Shown: positions 24,156 to 37,900, counted from the whole stretch's first letter. The stretch is DNA of 63,032 nt, filler included, from Octopus bimaculoides (GCF_001194135.2; 4 parts of 4 records of this genome joined end to end with filler, not necessarily neighbours in it); one strand, 5' to 3'. Notes: a model not told the origin generated them from the sequence alone. Made by a program: numbers and translations.

Positions 24156-25055
24156 AGATAGATACATACTTAAAATGTTTGTGCTATTGAAAGCTTTTTA
24201 AGCTGCGGCATTCATCGTGAACAAGTATCTCTCATAGCTGCAGTATTAAAAACACAGTTGAAATTATTCTATTTCATTTTAATACTACATGTCTATAAGA
24301 GATGAGGGCTGATATGTATACACATTGCTGATTTTGATCTAATGCTGCTTTCATTGCTAATGATGAATATTTATTTCTCTATTTATTTAGAATATACATA
24401 CTGTATCTCTGCATGTCATGAGAGGTGGCGAAAAGGAACAAAATAAGCAGGGGCATCTGGTCATAAATCATTACCTCAAGGTCATATATAACCAGTAGCA
24501 GCTCGTGTATAGGCATTGTGGAACTGCAGCACCCACTATTTCCGCTCGATATTATCGATAACATTTGATATAATGAGTCCTGTTTTCTTTAAATCTTTCT
24601 TTATATTTGTACATTATATAATCCTTAAGCTTAATGTCAGTAGCCATCCCCTAGTTTATGAAAAAAATACAAACATCTTTGTATAGAACTGTGTGCTTTA
24701 CAGTTCCAGCAATGTGGTGTTTGGCTGTTGTGCGCATGCTCACATGTCTGAAATAGGAAGCTGCATGCTAGGGAGAGAGAGCACTGTGGTGTACTGGTGA
24801 AAAGTAGTGTTTCTTTTTGACTCTGCGTGTGTTGTGCTTAAAAACGTGTTTTTATTCTTGAATGTGATAAAGTGTAGAATTAGATTATTATCCTGCTTCC
24901 AGCTACAGTGTTGCTGCTAGGATTTGAAAAATATTTACACAATATTAAAACAACATAAAAATTTTCTGAAGCAGCACCCCCACTGATTTTATCTACCAGC
25001 CGCCACTGTATATGACCCATATCACTATGGAAATATGAAAGCATCTTCACCAAAA

Positions 25056-25185
25056 GGATCTAAGTACTGCAACACAGATAGAAGAAGTGTGTGGACCGTA
25101 AAAGGGACTATGTTGAAAAATAAACCTCATTTGGTCACATTCCATGAGTATCTTGATCATCCTATGAACTTTCCAGCTGACCCTC
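25056..25185 (+). mobile_element. Mariner-like transposon 3' end and right TIR
   Basis: KVLQHR*KKCVDRK-GDYVEK*, followed by ...CCTATGAACTTTCCAGCTGACCCTC. Confidence 0.8.
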
Positions 25186-25244
25186 ACATGTGTGTGTATG
25201 TGTGTGTGTGTGTGTGTATATATATAAATATATATACTATCATC

Positions 25245-25590
25245 ATCATTATCATTTAATGTCTGTTTTCCATGCTGGCATGTGTTGGATGGTTTGACTG
25301 AGGTCTGGAAAGCCAGTGGCTGCACGAAGCTCCAATCTGATCTGGCAATAATTCTATAGATGGATGCCCTTCCTAATGCCAACCACTCTGAGAGTGTAGT
25401 GGGTGCTTTTTACGCGCCACCAGCACAGGAGCCAGTCAGGCAGTTCCGGCATCAATCACGTTAGGATGGTGCTTTTTACGTGCCACCGACACTGGAGCCA
25501 GTTAGGGGGCACTGGCATTGACCACATTCAGATGGTGCTTTTTACATGCTACCGGTATGGAAGCCAGTCAGGGGGCACTGGCAGAGGATA
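25245..25590 (-). mobile_element. RTE 3' UTR fragment (family E); a second copy on + at about 25705-25830 points away from it, forming an inverted pair
   Basis: TTTAATGTCTGTTTTCCATGCT...GGATGCCCTTCCTAATGCCAACCACTC plus tandem units. Confidence 0.7.
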
Positions 25591-26194
25591 TGTTTTGCAC
25601 TTCTGCACCTTGACATTGCTTGATAGTTGTGAAATAATTGTTACTGTCATAAAAGTAGTGTTATTCCTTTCCAGTATCCAGCAAGATCATGTCTGGCTGT
25701 GGGGAATGTTTCCTTGCTTTGAAAGAGGTGAAGATTGGCAGCAGGAAGAGAATTCAACCATAGAAAATCTGCCTCCATAAAAACTCCATGTGATCCATAC
25801 AAGCATAGAAAAATGGACATTAAAATGGTGATGGTGATGGTAACAACAGTGGCAGTGGCGACAGCAGTAATGGCAGCAATGCTGATGGTAGCAGCAACAG
25901 TGACAGTAATAGCAATGATGACGACAACGATGACGACAATGACAACAATGAAATATTTCTAATTATATTTTTAATTTCAGAGTTACACTTGTCTTGCAAG
26001 CAACTTGATCTGTGACTGTGAGTTGAAACAGTAGCACTACACCATGGAAAAGCCATTCTAGTAATTCAATAACACACTACATTGTTAAATTTACTTTCAA
26101 TTTAAATTTATTTCATCAGTGGTTAAAATGTTCATTGCATAACAGACATAGTTCCACTGAAATGAAAAATTTTAATACTTCAAATAAACTTAAA

Positions 26195-26622
26195 TTTAAA
26201 GATTTGGTCCTTTAAGTCTCTGGTCTTCCCAGTCTTGCTCTATAGCTGTGAAGCTTGGACACTGTCGGAGCCCTTAGGAGCTGCCTGAGCTCCTTTGGCA
26301 CAAGGATGCTTCACAGGATTATGGATTACCATTGGTTAGATTTTGTATCCAACAAATAGCTTTTCAGGAGCACCATCTCAGAGTGTTTGGCCATGTTACT
26401 CAATTTTCCAAGTTAGTCCCTGCTTATTGTGTTATTTTCACTGAGGACCTGGCTGGGTTGATGGCTCATGTTGGTTGACCACATGTCACATGATCATGGC
26501 AGATGTAGAGATATATTGTGGAGATGGGGACTGACTGGGACTCTACTCGATGGTCACCTAGGGGAATCCAGGAAAATATCAACAAATAGTGAATGCAGCA
26601 AAATGTTGCAATGGCTCATGCC
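26195..26622 (+). mobile_element. RTE-type LINE C-terminal fragment, decayed
   Basis: KSLVFPVLLYSCEAWTLS...SFGTRMLHRIMDYHWLDFVSN...HLRVFGHVTQ. Confidence 0.75.
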
Positions 26623-26786
26623 CACTAACATAGCTAGCAGGGTGCAGTAGGGGCGGTCTGCCCTAGGTGGCACTTTTAAAAGGGTACCACTTTAGGGTTT
26701 GCAGTAGGCAATGTGTTTTTTGTGGGGTCTGGGGGTAGCAAACGAAAGGGCCACCCTGAGCAGCACACACTCTAGCTATGCTAGTG
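26623..26786. mobile_element. hAT-type MITE (164 bp) with 15-bp TIRs and an 8-bp TSD
   Basis: TSD CTCATGCC at 26615-26622 and 26787-26794; TIRs CACTAACATAGCTAG and CTAGCTATGCTAGTG (1 mismatch). An 8-bp TSD is the hAT signature. Confidence 0.8.
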
Positions 26787-27057
26787 CTCATGCCCCCACA
26801 TTTGACCTGACTTGAAAATAAGTTTCACAGCTTAGTGTGTTATCAAATTACTAGAATGACTCCATGCAGTTCTCCAGCTTGTCAGCTCTTGTCTAGCTGT
26901 TCAACCCATGCTAGCATGGAAAACAGCGGTAAAATCGATAATGACAAGAATTATGATGAGGATGATACCTCTAAGTAATTAACCTCAGTGTTTTTTTTTT
27001 GTTTTTTTTTCTGTTAAATATGATAGTAGGCTTGTGCTTATGGTTGAAAGGATTGGC

Positions 27058-27430
27058 TTCAGTCATTAGATTGCGACTATGTTGGAACATAGCCTAGAAG
27101 AATTGATTTTAGTCAAATGAATTGACCCCGGTACTGTTCTTTTTCAAGCCTGGTACTGATTACATCAGTCTCTTTTGCCAAACTGCAAAGTTACAAAGAG
27201 ATAAACACACCAAAATTAGTTGTCAAGTGGTGATGGTGGGGCAAACGGAGACACAAAGTCACACACACACACATATTCTTTCAGTTTTTGTCTACCAAAT
27301 TCACTCACGAGGCTTTGGTCAATATGAGGCTGTAGTAGAAGACACTTGCCCAAGGTGCCATGCAGTGGGACTGAACTCAGAACCATGTAGTTGGGAAGTA
27401 AGTTTCTTACCACACAGCCATGCCTGCACC
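27058..27430 (-). mobile_element. tRNA-derived SINE (A+B), CpG-decayed
   Basis: Complete A head and B tail in reverse complement. Confidence 0.85.
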
Positions 27431-27754
27431 TTCCAAAAATTAATGATTTGGAGACATATCAGTTCCGTGCTAAAGTGAAGAAAAAAATATTGATCGTTAA
27501 TCCCAGATAAATAAATAACATTATATATTAATGAACAAAAACATCATCTGATATTTACTTATTTTGAAAACTTGTTAGATGGATTTATCACAGAAATTTA
27601 ACAGTAATTTGCTATTTATTATTTAGAGTTCAAAAGCAGCCAAATTTGATTTGCCTTTTATCCTTTCTGAATCAATAACTTAAGGTGCCTGTCTAGTACT
27701 GAGGCTAACAATGTCAATTACTTCCCTTCCCCTCAAAATTAAAAGCAGAAAAGA

Positions 27755-28240
27755 AACAGAGCAGTTGGTTTTCTTTCTCAACTGCACCCCACATGGGATT
27801 ACAATTGGGAGAATTAGGAAGCTAGAAGTTTAAGCTGGTGAAGTCATAGAAATTCTCTGTTAATCACTTCTGACTCTCTTCTGATGTATGGCAAGGAGTC
27901 AAATCCTGTTGCCTCACATATGGCCCTCCAGCAGCAACCCTCTTCAGCCAGGGTTTGACCATAGCCACCAGCAGCTTCACATAGCCATCTGAATTGAGTC
28001 TAAGACCCTGTTCAAAGATGTGGAGATGAATTCCAGTGTATTGATGCAATCAGAACACCTGCTGTGTCTCTTTTTGCTGGCCTTGGCTTTGTAGTCACCA
28101 TTGCAGCTATCTACATCATGTCATACAGCCTTCACACTGTTCACAAAGCATTGAACATCAGCCTTGATATCAGAATTTAGTACTTGAAATGAACCCTCAT
28201 GATGCAAGAAACTCCAGCATGGTTGCTTTTTACACAGCAC
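27755..28240 (-). mobile_element. maT/DD37D-like Tc1/mariner remnant, internally deleted
   Basis: N-terminal ...HDVDSCNGDYKAKASK..HSRCSDCINTLEF is fused to HIFEQGLRLNSDGYVKLL..VKPWLKRVAAGGPYVRQQDLTPCHTSEESQK*LTENFYDFTSLNF*LPNSPNCNPM[deletion]WGAVEK. There are 37 residues after the QQD aspartate up to the deleted third aspartate. Confidence 0.75.
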
Positions 28241-29034
28241 CAAATGAAACCAAATATCTTTTTAAGACATTTTCTTTGTTAAAATGTAAACTGATGTGAA
28301 AATAAAATGAAGCAGATAAAGATTCCTTGTCTTTGAAATCGCCATGGCATTAGTATTTCTCCATCTATTTCTGTGGTGGCTACTGAATTATGACATAGCA
28401 TCCACACATTTAGTATCATCTGTTTATACTACATGTTCAAATTAACTCATATAGTTTGCAATTTTGAAGAGGAAATTCAATTTATGGCAAGTTCACCTGA
28501 AGGCATTGCAAAATAACTATGAATATTCATTCAATCTTCCCAAATAATTGACTTTTGAAAGTGTCTGAATGCTTCTTTATATTGATACTAAATAAAGAAT
28601 ATTTTTATCTTCAGTTTTAAACTTTTCTAATTATTGTCATTTCATTAATGTCTGAATATTTCCATTGGTATTTTTTTCTATTTTTTTTCTTCACCTAAAT
28701 TTAAACTTCCTTGGCAAGTTTAATCTAAAAATTGTAATGAAATTTTGACCTCATAACTCTCAGTACTCACGTACCAAATCTTTCAACATTAGCTCTAACT
28801 TTAGAAGACTAAAGATAAAAAAATGCTTAAAATTATAAAGCAACATGCTTGGATCACCAACTACATGTTTGTGATTTCAATCTGAATTTATTGTTGCTGA
28901 TCTTCAAATCATCTAAAAATTTGCAATAAAAACCCTGAGAAATGATTCATAAAATTTCAGCTGACAAAAAATTTTATCAGAATACTTTTAGTATTGAGTA
29001 CAGCTTTTTCTCCTCTTGTTTACATTAACATCTA

Positions 29035-29055
29035 TTTATCTATCTATCTACCTAC

Positions 29056-29118
<63 letters not shown>

Positions 29119-29143
29119 CCTATCTATCTATCTATCTATCTAC

Positions 29144-29187
<44 letters not shown>

Positions 29188-29290
29188 TTTTGTCTGTCTG
29201 TCTGTCTGCTGCTTATCTATCTATATCCATCCATCCATCCATGTATCTATCTATCTATCTGTCTGTCTGTCTTCTGTCTGTCTACCCACC
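29035..29290. repeat. (TATC)n / (TGTC)n compound microsatellite
   Basis: Direct inspection. Confidence 0.95.
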
Positions 29291-29310
29291 TTTCTACTTA
29301 CCTACCTACA

Positions 29311-29373
29311 GTATCGGTTGTCAAGTGATGTTGGGGGGGGGACAAACACAGACACAAACACATACACACATAC

Positions 29374-29409
<36 letters not shown>

Positions 29410-29568
29410 GACGGGCTTCTTTCAGTTTCCATCTACCAACTCCACTCACAAGGCTTTGGTCGGCCCGAGGCTATAGTAGAAGACACCTGCCCAAGGTGCC
29501 ACGCAGTGGGACTGAACCCGAAACCATGTGGTTCATAAGCAAGCTACTTACCACACAGCCACTCCTAT
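29311..29568 (-). mobile_element. tRNA-derived SINE (family A plus start of B), CpG-retaining
   Basis: CGACGGGCTTC...GGTCGGCCCGAGG...CCACGCAGTGGGACTGAACCCG. Confidence 0.9.
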
Positions 29569-29571
29569 GAC

Positions 29572-29612
<41 letters not shown>

Positions 29613-29663
29613 GTATATGTATATATATATGTATATATATATATATATGTGTGTGTATATATA

Positions 29664-29763
29664 NNNNNNNNNNNNNNNNNNNNNNNNNNNNNNNNNNNNN
29701 NNNNNNNTTAATTAATTAANNNNNNNNNNNNNNNNNNNNNNNNNNNNNNNNNNNNNNNNNNNN
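29664..29763. other. Artificial scaffold-join spacer N44-TTAATTAATTAA-N44 (also at 41027-41126 and 59564-59663)
   Basis: The same 12-mer (stop codons in all six frames) is flanked by exactly 44 N on each side at three places. Confidence 0.95.
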
Positions 29764-29862
29764 GATACAGAGACAGAGAGAGAGAGAGAGAGAGACAGAG
29801 AGAGACAGAGAGAGACAGAGAGAGACAGAGAGAGAGATAGAGAGACAGAGAGAGACAGAGAC

Positions 29863-29915
<53 letters not shown>

Positions 29916-30625
29916 GAGACGAGGGTTGGCTGTGAAGAAGTTCGCTCGACAAAAATGTGGATTTAATCCGACTGTGCAGAAGACTGCCATGTGTGCATGT
30001 ATATATATGTGTGATCTATGTGTTTATGTTCATGCATGTATGCGTGTTCGTACTTGTGTTTTGCACAACCGTTGTAATTTTGTTTACAATCTTTGTAAAC
30101 TTAGTGATTCGGCAAACATCAGATTTAAATTTATTACTGATGTCGATTTGATAAACTGAAAAGGAAAATCCCTTCGAAGTGCGCCACAGCATAGCAGCAG
30201 TCCAATCACTGAAACATATAAAAAGACAAAAGAATAAATAAGATTACTTGATCTGTGCAAATATTATAGGACGCGTGCATATGCACAAGCATGTCTGCGT
30301 TGTTAAGATGCTTACTTTGTAAGTGTATGGTTTCTGGTTCGGTTCACCACTTGGAAAACGGTGCTCTATCTTTATGTCATGAAATATAGCGTTTCACAAA
30401 GGAGATTGGTAAGTACTAAAACTAAAAATAAGTACAGAGGACGATATCATCGATTAAACCTATCAAACCATGGCAGGAGTCCGGTAACAGACACAAGTTT
30501 TTAAAAAATATTAAATTTTGACGTATTTACAGATTCTGAAATTGTATTTACATCTAGATTTTCGTCATGTAATTATAGCTAAGAAATGCATACAGACTCT
30601 TACCTTTATCGCACAGACATCCCAT

Positions 30626-30698
<73 letters not shown>

Positions 30699-31899
30699 CT
30701 AAATATATGGAATACACATAGATGAGAAAAATCCAAATTGCAGCTAGAGGATATATTTGTTTATAAATTATATTTATTACTTAAAGATATTTACTTCAGA
30801 TCAACCATGTACAGAATACGTCATTCATTTATGCCATTAGAAACAGTGACATAATTATAACTACAAATAGAAACAGATCCCTAATGGCATTCACGGATTT
30901 TCGGTACCTTACATTTGACTTTGCGTTATCCACCCTTCATTACGTATTTAATAGGAATTTTCTGTGCGTAGGGTTATTCTCCAGTGCGCTATCTACATAA
31001 TGGTCAACGACATGCTTAACATCCGTTATTTAGTAACTGATCTCACACATGTGAATTATCATGAAAGAAAAGCGTTGGGTTTAGGAACTATAAAATACAT
31101 TTGCTCACTCCACACACTTCACTTTGGATTTGTGTCTGATGTTTTCTCAAAGCAGAACATATCAACAAAGCTATAAGTTGTAGTGTCACTTCGAAGTAAA
31201 ATAGTTTGAACGGCAATAATATAATTATTTGTGAGAATTTCTCCAGTTATAGATCAATCGGAAAATGCTTGCGATGAAAAATTGTTTGCAAATATGAAGT
31301 TCTTTTTTAAGTAAAGAGTATTCATATTGTTTAGATATGAGAATTGAATTGGCTCCCAACGGAAGTGAAAAATGGAGTTGATCTACTGAGTATATCTTCG
31401 TTTGATCATCAGTCGTATGAAACATCAGAGGTAGTTATTTATGCTATAACAAGGTAAATTTGAAAACACTTTTCTAACTTTATAAAATGATTTTAAAATT
31501 TGTTTGCATATTATTTTTAGTGATGTACCAATTATTGTCGTTGTCGTTGACTAAATGAGCCTTGCTCTCTATCATTTAAAAGTAGATCGAGCGACTAGAT
31601 ATTATCGACAAATCGTAACTCAGATTTACCGTGCCATGTATATTTCGATTCCACATTCCAATCTTTATGAGTTTATTTATAGAGTACAATATAGATGCGA
31701 GAGAATATTAATATTTTCTCCAGTATCCTATCAGTTTCTGCATATTTTTATGTTCTGGTGGTAATCAGAACATAATCATACTTCTTTACTTAACTCTGAT
31801 GATGTATATTTCAGTACAATCTTTGGTACCAACTGATGTCATTAAAACAGCTGACTGTTTTATCTGTCAATATTTTAAATTTGTGTTGGCTGAGTAGGA

Positions 31900-33150
31900 G
31901 GGATGTCAGTCTTATAATGATATTTGAGTAGTGTGTCTGTATGCGGAAAAGTGATTGAGATGAAAAATTAATGGTAGGAACACTAGGAAATGGAGTTTGA
32001 TGTAATGACAAAGCGTAGCTCTTGCATACCCACGTTGATTTTCGTTTTAAGTAATTTGTTTTTATTGCGTCAGTGGTCTCTGATGATGCTCAGAATACTA
32101 TGTTCTGTTTTTTGAAGTTTGTTTTTATTTGCTATGGAGAATCCGAGGAATCAATGTGAATAGTAGGAATTACAATAGAAATATTGTTGGCTATTCCTGA
32201 TATTTTTGTATACCGTATAACTGGTATATTTATATTGATGGTTACGAAAGCTGATTGCTTTAAATATTCACTACTTACTTATAACATGAATATTGGGTGG
32301 TTGTGTCTCAGTTAAATAATGTAGCTAACTAGTATTTTATCTGTAATTTTTCTGGTGTGTAAGACTTTAAGAATTCTGATGCTTTGGATCATTGCTGTAG
32401 TCTGTTCAGAAAATTAGTTTCTTGATGAGCAGTTATTTTAGTCTAAGTGTACCGAACTCAGATGTAATTAACATATCAGTGTTTAGTATTGTCCTCAATA
32501 TTTTGATCATAAACTAACGGTGAGAATTGGGAGTCAATATTTTTGTTAATGTTGGTCATAGTTAAGAAGAGTACATGAATGTTTTTTTTTTGTTGCTGTT
32601 GTTGTTGTTGAGCCATCATGTATTCAGTAAAAGAGTCATAAGTAATGTTGTATCTGAGTACAGGATTAGAATTGATGTTGAAATGAGGTACATGTCGCTT
32701 GATAGTATCAAAGAATGATTTTTACAAGGATAATTTTGAAGTTTGCATAGGAGAATGAGGAATCTAGTGATACTGCATCGGCTTTAATAGTTTAGAAGTA
32801 TTAGAAATGTTATTTTCCTGACTAAATTCTCAATTCTGAAAATTTAGCTGTATTGCTAAGAATAGCTGAATATGTTGATAGATATAACTTGTCTTATGTG
32901 AATGTTTGGGTTTGGGGATTAACGTACTGACTTTTTGATAGTCGGGGTGAAAGGTGTGTGTCTTTGTGTTTCTATTTGTATTTTTTCTTTCTAATTTAGG
33001 AAAAATGCTTAATAATGGGGTGCTGCTTACTGCTGTAGTTGAGATATATTATTGAAGTTGTTGACATAGAATAGTGTGCCCATTCTGAGATCATTAGATA
33101 CCTCTAATTACGTTGCGTAGTGCTTTACTACTTCATGTAGTAAAATGTGT
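31900..33150 (-). mobile_element. Heavily decayed Penelope-like element (RT thumb to GIY-YIG)
   Basis: Fragments in shifting frames: LEVSNDLRMGT, TIKKSV, MTNINKNIDS, SYI-LTET and ISFRNHQYKYT. Confidence 0.6.
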
Positions 33151-35724
33151 GAGTTGATCAGAGGAAGAAAAACTCATAGATTTTTCCATGGTCTTTGATA
33201 CTGTTATAGGGAAACAGTGAAAGTTGACAACAGACCAGAATACCCGTGACAAAGTGAAACCGATTGATGGATGCTTGTTGTATAGTCTAATATTAACTAC
33301 TTTGATGCTTTGATTTCTTCTTTGTTTAATTAATTGATACTTGTTTTATTATTTCTACTGCATGACGTCAATGTGTTGTGTTTCAGGTCGATTGTTTCAA
33401 TGTTTAGTTCGGCTCCCGTTATTTTATTTTACATTGCAGGTCGTATTTTAAAATCTTCTACAATTATATGTTGCGTTTACGCATTTCACTTGATTATTTG
33501 GATCGTGAAGAATTCAACGAACTGTAATTTCTTTTGTTGATAGCATTTCAACAAGTATTTTAAATATTTGTTTATGTAGTTTCAGTGTCGCTAAAATTAG
33601 CAACTAAATCTGCCTTAAACTACGTCCTATTATTACAAAAAAGACATTTATTGGAAATTTCAATCCTAAAAATTACTTGCTAAAATATAATATTAGATCA
33701 CAGTTGTAACTTGTCAAGCGATTACAGGGTGAGAGAAAAACCAACAGCAAGAAGGCATTACATATGAAGTCAACAGCAACGACTAAGTACAGATCAGGCC
33801 CAATCACCTCAGACGTAGAATTACCCGAAAATGAAGTTCACTCGCAGTCATGTAGTGCATAAAGTATCATAAGCTGACATAAACATGTTCTGAGTTACTA
33901 CAAAACTAATACAGAAACCAAATTTCTTCCTCTCGAATTTCTCAGAACCAACAACGATATATCAATTAGTAATCTTTACTGACAAATGTTTTTGACTATT
34001 TGGCAATAGTCAAAAAAAAATTAGTAGTGCCTCATGATCAGTGAGATCGATATGAGCGATGTCCAGTTTGAACATCTGTAGATCAACATCCACAGCAAGA
34101 GGTGATTGGAGATTTCAAAGACCGTAGATCCTGTTAAGAATGATTAAGAAGAGAGTGTGGTGCAGACTATCGGAGGTTGATACATAATCAGGATGTCAAT
34201 GTTCAATTGATTTTAGCAAACCAAACTAATATCTCACATGTACACAACACTATTAGTTACCGAATCCAAAACAAAAAAAGAAAAGAAAAATTCGAACGTA
34301 GTCACTTTCAACTGAAATTTGATCTTTCCAAATTAGTTGATTGTAATCTATATTGATTATTGAGATTAATTTGTCTGTCAGTGAAAATATCTCTAAATCA
34401 ATAACTACCGACGTTGTCCACAAGAACTTTGTTATGGTTACGATGTTTTTAATTAAGTAAAAGTCGATTAACTCGCGTCGCACGGTGTTGCAACATAGTG
34501 TTGCAAATATTTTATGACAACGAAAATGTGTGCGTGTGTGTGTGTGTGTGCGCGCATTATGAATTCAAGTGAAAGAAGGGATTATGCTTATAACTTTGGA
34601 AGATCCTCAGAAGCAATGAGGTTGAAATGTTTGATATCCGTCTTCATCAACACAAGAATGAAAATAGTGGACAGAACAAGGATATTTAGCGAGATGTTGT
34701 GAAGAGAAATATTTGAGAAAAATGGATGGTGCGTGACATGGAAGGTAACGTGAAATTGGTCACGGGACTTGTTTTGTGCGTCTTCTGCACGAGGCAAACC
34801 TCGGAGTTGGTTTCTTTTGTACAAAAATGGCATGGGATAAATCAGCTGTGACGAAATGATTTCCCTGAAGTGGCAGTAGAAAAGATACAGTGCTTATGTG
34901 GGCTAGAGATTGAAGTATGTTGCTGAATAACTTCAAGGCAATTAGTTGAGAAGCCTTTTCTATATGTCCGTACGTGATACAGCACCATCGTCCTAATACT
35001 TTGTGGAAAATTTTCCAACGCGCTTCTCATAAATGCTTCATAGAGAACTGCTACCTATTGCGAGTTGAAGCAATGTCTGCATCTAGAAAGAAAACTCAGA
35101 TTTTCAGATTTTTTAATGCAATGTATTTAATGTGGGATCGCTAGGAGAAACAATTATTGATGCTGAGGTTAGGCTTAGCATATGTAGTGATTTTGAAGAT
35201 TTGGGTTCGTATGGGTCGATGTTTAGAGTGGCATGGTACAAGCGTAGTGCCTTGATATATGAAGTTTTTGTGAATTTGTGCCGGTAAATGAGACAGGATT
35301 CCTATGAGTGCTCATTTCATGGAAAAATTATACATTTAGGACAAAGGGTCTAGGTTGGAAATGGATGGCACTTGAATAAAGAAAGTTGGAAAAGAGTGAA
35401 ACGTGATATCAACTGTATAGCACTAGACGTTGTTGGAGGAGACGGAAAGTAATCTTTATTGTACAGAAATAAGAGTGTGGAGGATGTAACCAATTCTTGG
35501 GGCACCTTAAGGTTGACAGTGTAGCTCAGAAAGAGCCTTCATAATTTTTTTGCTAGATTGTATTTGGCAATGAAGAGTGGCGTGTACGAATATGCATAGC
35601 AGAGCCACACTATACGAACAAACATGGGAAATATTATTACTATATGATGAACAGTAACTACTTTAACACATACTTTCACAAAATTATTTTCATTAAGCTT
35701 AATATTTCTGCTTTTTCGATAATA

Positions 35725-35828
<104 letters not shown>

Positions 35829-36739
35829 ACTTTAAAAAATTCGCTGAAAGGCACAACACGCTACCAAAAGGTTTGGGCCCGATAAATAATTACACATTCT
35901 ACTCATTGTATATTCAGATTGACAAAGATACAAAATCCGAACCACATTATAGTAATAATGAACACAGAAAACGTAACTGACATTTTAAAACTATATATGA
36001 CATACACATGTTCCAGGAAGCCGATTGTCGGTATTATATATGCTAAATGCTCTATTACGTAATAGAATATACTGTTAAGATATATGCATACTACTATGCA
36101 AGTTACAAGCAATTTACTTGATAGCGCAAAAGAGGGTGATAGATTCACACGCATTTACACACTCCTACACATACATACTCATTAAAGAAGAATATTAAGA
36201 CGAAATGATCCGAAGACAACGTAGCATCAGTGATAAGAACAACAGCAAGAACAAAATAATAACAATGACAAGAATCATCATTGGAATACATCAAAATGCG
36301 AAACCGAGATAATAGATCAATCACCGTTAACCTTTATATGCTACCAGGGTCAAGTTATATCCGTTTTGGCAGACATTGAACTTGGTTGGTATTTACATAA
36401 AGAGTCTTAAAACAAACAGGCTTATATGCATGCATGGACAGTCATACGCGTAGTCACACATATACGTGTAGATGCACACACACGTAAGCGTAAATACGCA
36501 CAGGCCACACTGTCATGTAGCGACCAACCGCCTCCTGATGCCAGCAAACACACATACACAACTCTATCCCTGTAAGACTACAATGTGCATGCGTATGTTT
36601 GTAAGTTTCCGCATGTATAATAGTAAATCATCCAAATACATTACTTGAATCAATAAAACACTGCATGTTTTCAGACAAGAGGACCATGAAGTCTAATAAA
36701 TATTCAAAATGGCTATAAATTCTATATATAAGCTGTGTA

Positions 36740-37900
36740 AGGCTTCCATCTGATCTTATAGCTTTCCAACTCTGTAGTATCTTTACCTACTGCAGAATAT
36801 CGCCCCAAGTTATAGTGTTTCGATCTTTTTCTGAGCTGCTAAATTCCGTTTTTAACCATTTTGATCCATTCTACATTTTCATTATATTCATACAATATTA
36901 AATATCTAATTATACCTAAACTACCAAATTCATGTCTAAAATTCTATTGCTTTCACCACATTTGATGCTAGTGTTTCCATTTTATCGAATGTTAGGGAAA
37001 AACTGCGTCTGGTTTGATCCAAAATGTCAGTTTTACTCAAGTTCCTATCTTTGTCGATTACTTATTTTGGTTCAGTTTGCACATACTCTTTGCTAGATCA
37101 GTTATATCACTGAAATATACCCTCTCTCGTATATTTTGAACTACCTTTCAAAGTAAAACTTGTTTTTCTTACGCAAATTATCTTTGTTCCAACTTTCAGG
37201 CTCACTGAGCTCTCTTCTAAGTATCCTTATGTGACTTTTAATCCATCTTTTCCATCTTGTCTCTTTCTTCTCTGCATGTTTTTCACTCAGTCGTTCAACA
37301 ACAGCTATCGCACCAGCACAAATTAAATCAAATTAAATGTTTGTGGTTGAAACATATTCCCATATTTCATTAATATTTTTCTTTCGACTAGGAGCTTTCT
37401 CTGTTAATTTATCTCAAATTTAATAACGCTTGTTTTTTTTTTAATTATTTAGAGTCTCATTTAATCGCATCAAAATATTTCGCTTTTCATTTTCTCAATC
37501 ATCAGGTTTTACTAATTTTCCCAAGGCCGTACCACTTGCTAATCTCGTCGTCGTTGTTTATACTGACTGTATTTTCCACTTCGAAGTCAACTTAATTCCT
37601 GTCCTTACAGCTGAAACTGTTTTCATTTAACTCTTCAACGTCTACAATGTCTCCTTCGACTCTGTCATCGATATCCGTTGTCTTGTTAGTGATTCTTTAC
37701 TGTATAATCCCTATTTCAACTGGTATTGTCCAACGTCTTCTTTGGACTATGCCTGCTTTGTTCATTAACTTATTTTCTATCAACTGAAATAATATCTTCG
37801 TTTTTCCAATCTGAGAGCATACTTCCACCAACACCTTCTTTACTCCTAAGCCTTGAAAGACATTCCATCAGCTCCTGCTGTGCTTATCATAAGTACTGCT
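36740..37900 (-). mobile_element. R4/Dong-like (restriction-endonuclease-type) non-LTR retrotransposon, N-terminal to pre-RT region, decayed
   Basis: LMECL...LICAGAIAVVERL..K..E.RWKRWIKSHIRILRRELS...EYNENVEWIK...SWKAIRSDG, where the last motif corresponds to WKAPGPDG. Confidence 0.75.

Noticed and set aside
29708-29719. TTAATTAATTAA recurring three times as a possible regulatory motif
   Set aside because: It is always flanked by exactly 44 N on each side, so it is an assembly spacer.
31795-31856. Hammerhead-like CTGATGA...AAAACAGCTGAC
   Set aside because: G12 and the UH site are mutated, stem I does not pair and stem II is weak; at best a dead relative of the 13-kb motif.
34480-34850. Promoter (TGTTGCAACA palindrome, AAAATGGC YY1-like site, local CpGs)
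   Set aside because: Short motifs like these are expected by chance, and no downstream ORF or first exon was identified.
33700-35540. Decayed retroelement or host exon (for example LQGNHFVTADLSHA on minus; NDFPEVAVEKIQCLCGLEIE followed by GTATGT on plus)
   Set aside because: Only isolated weak motifs, frequent stops and no consistent frame; this needs BLASTX.
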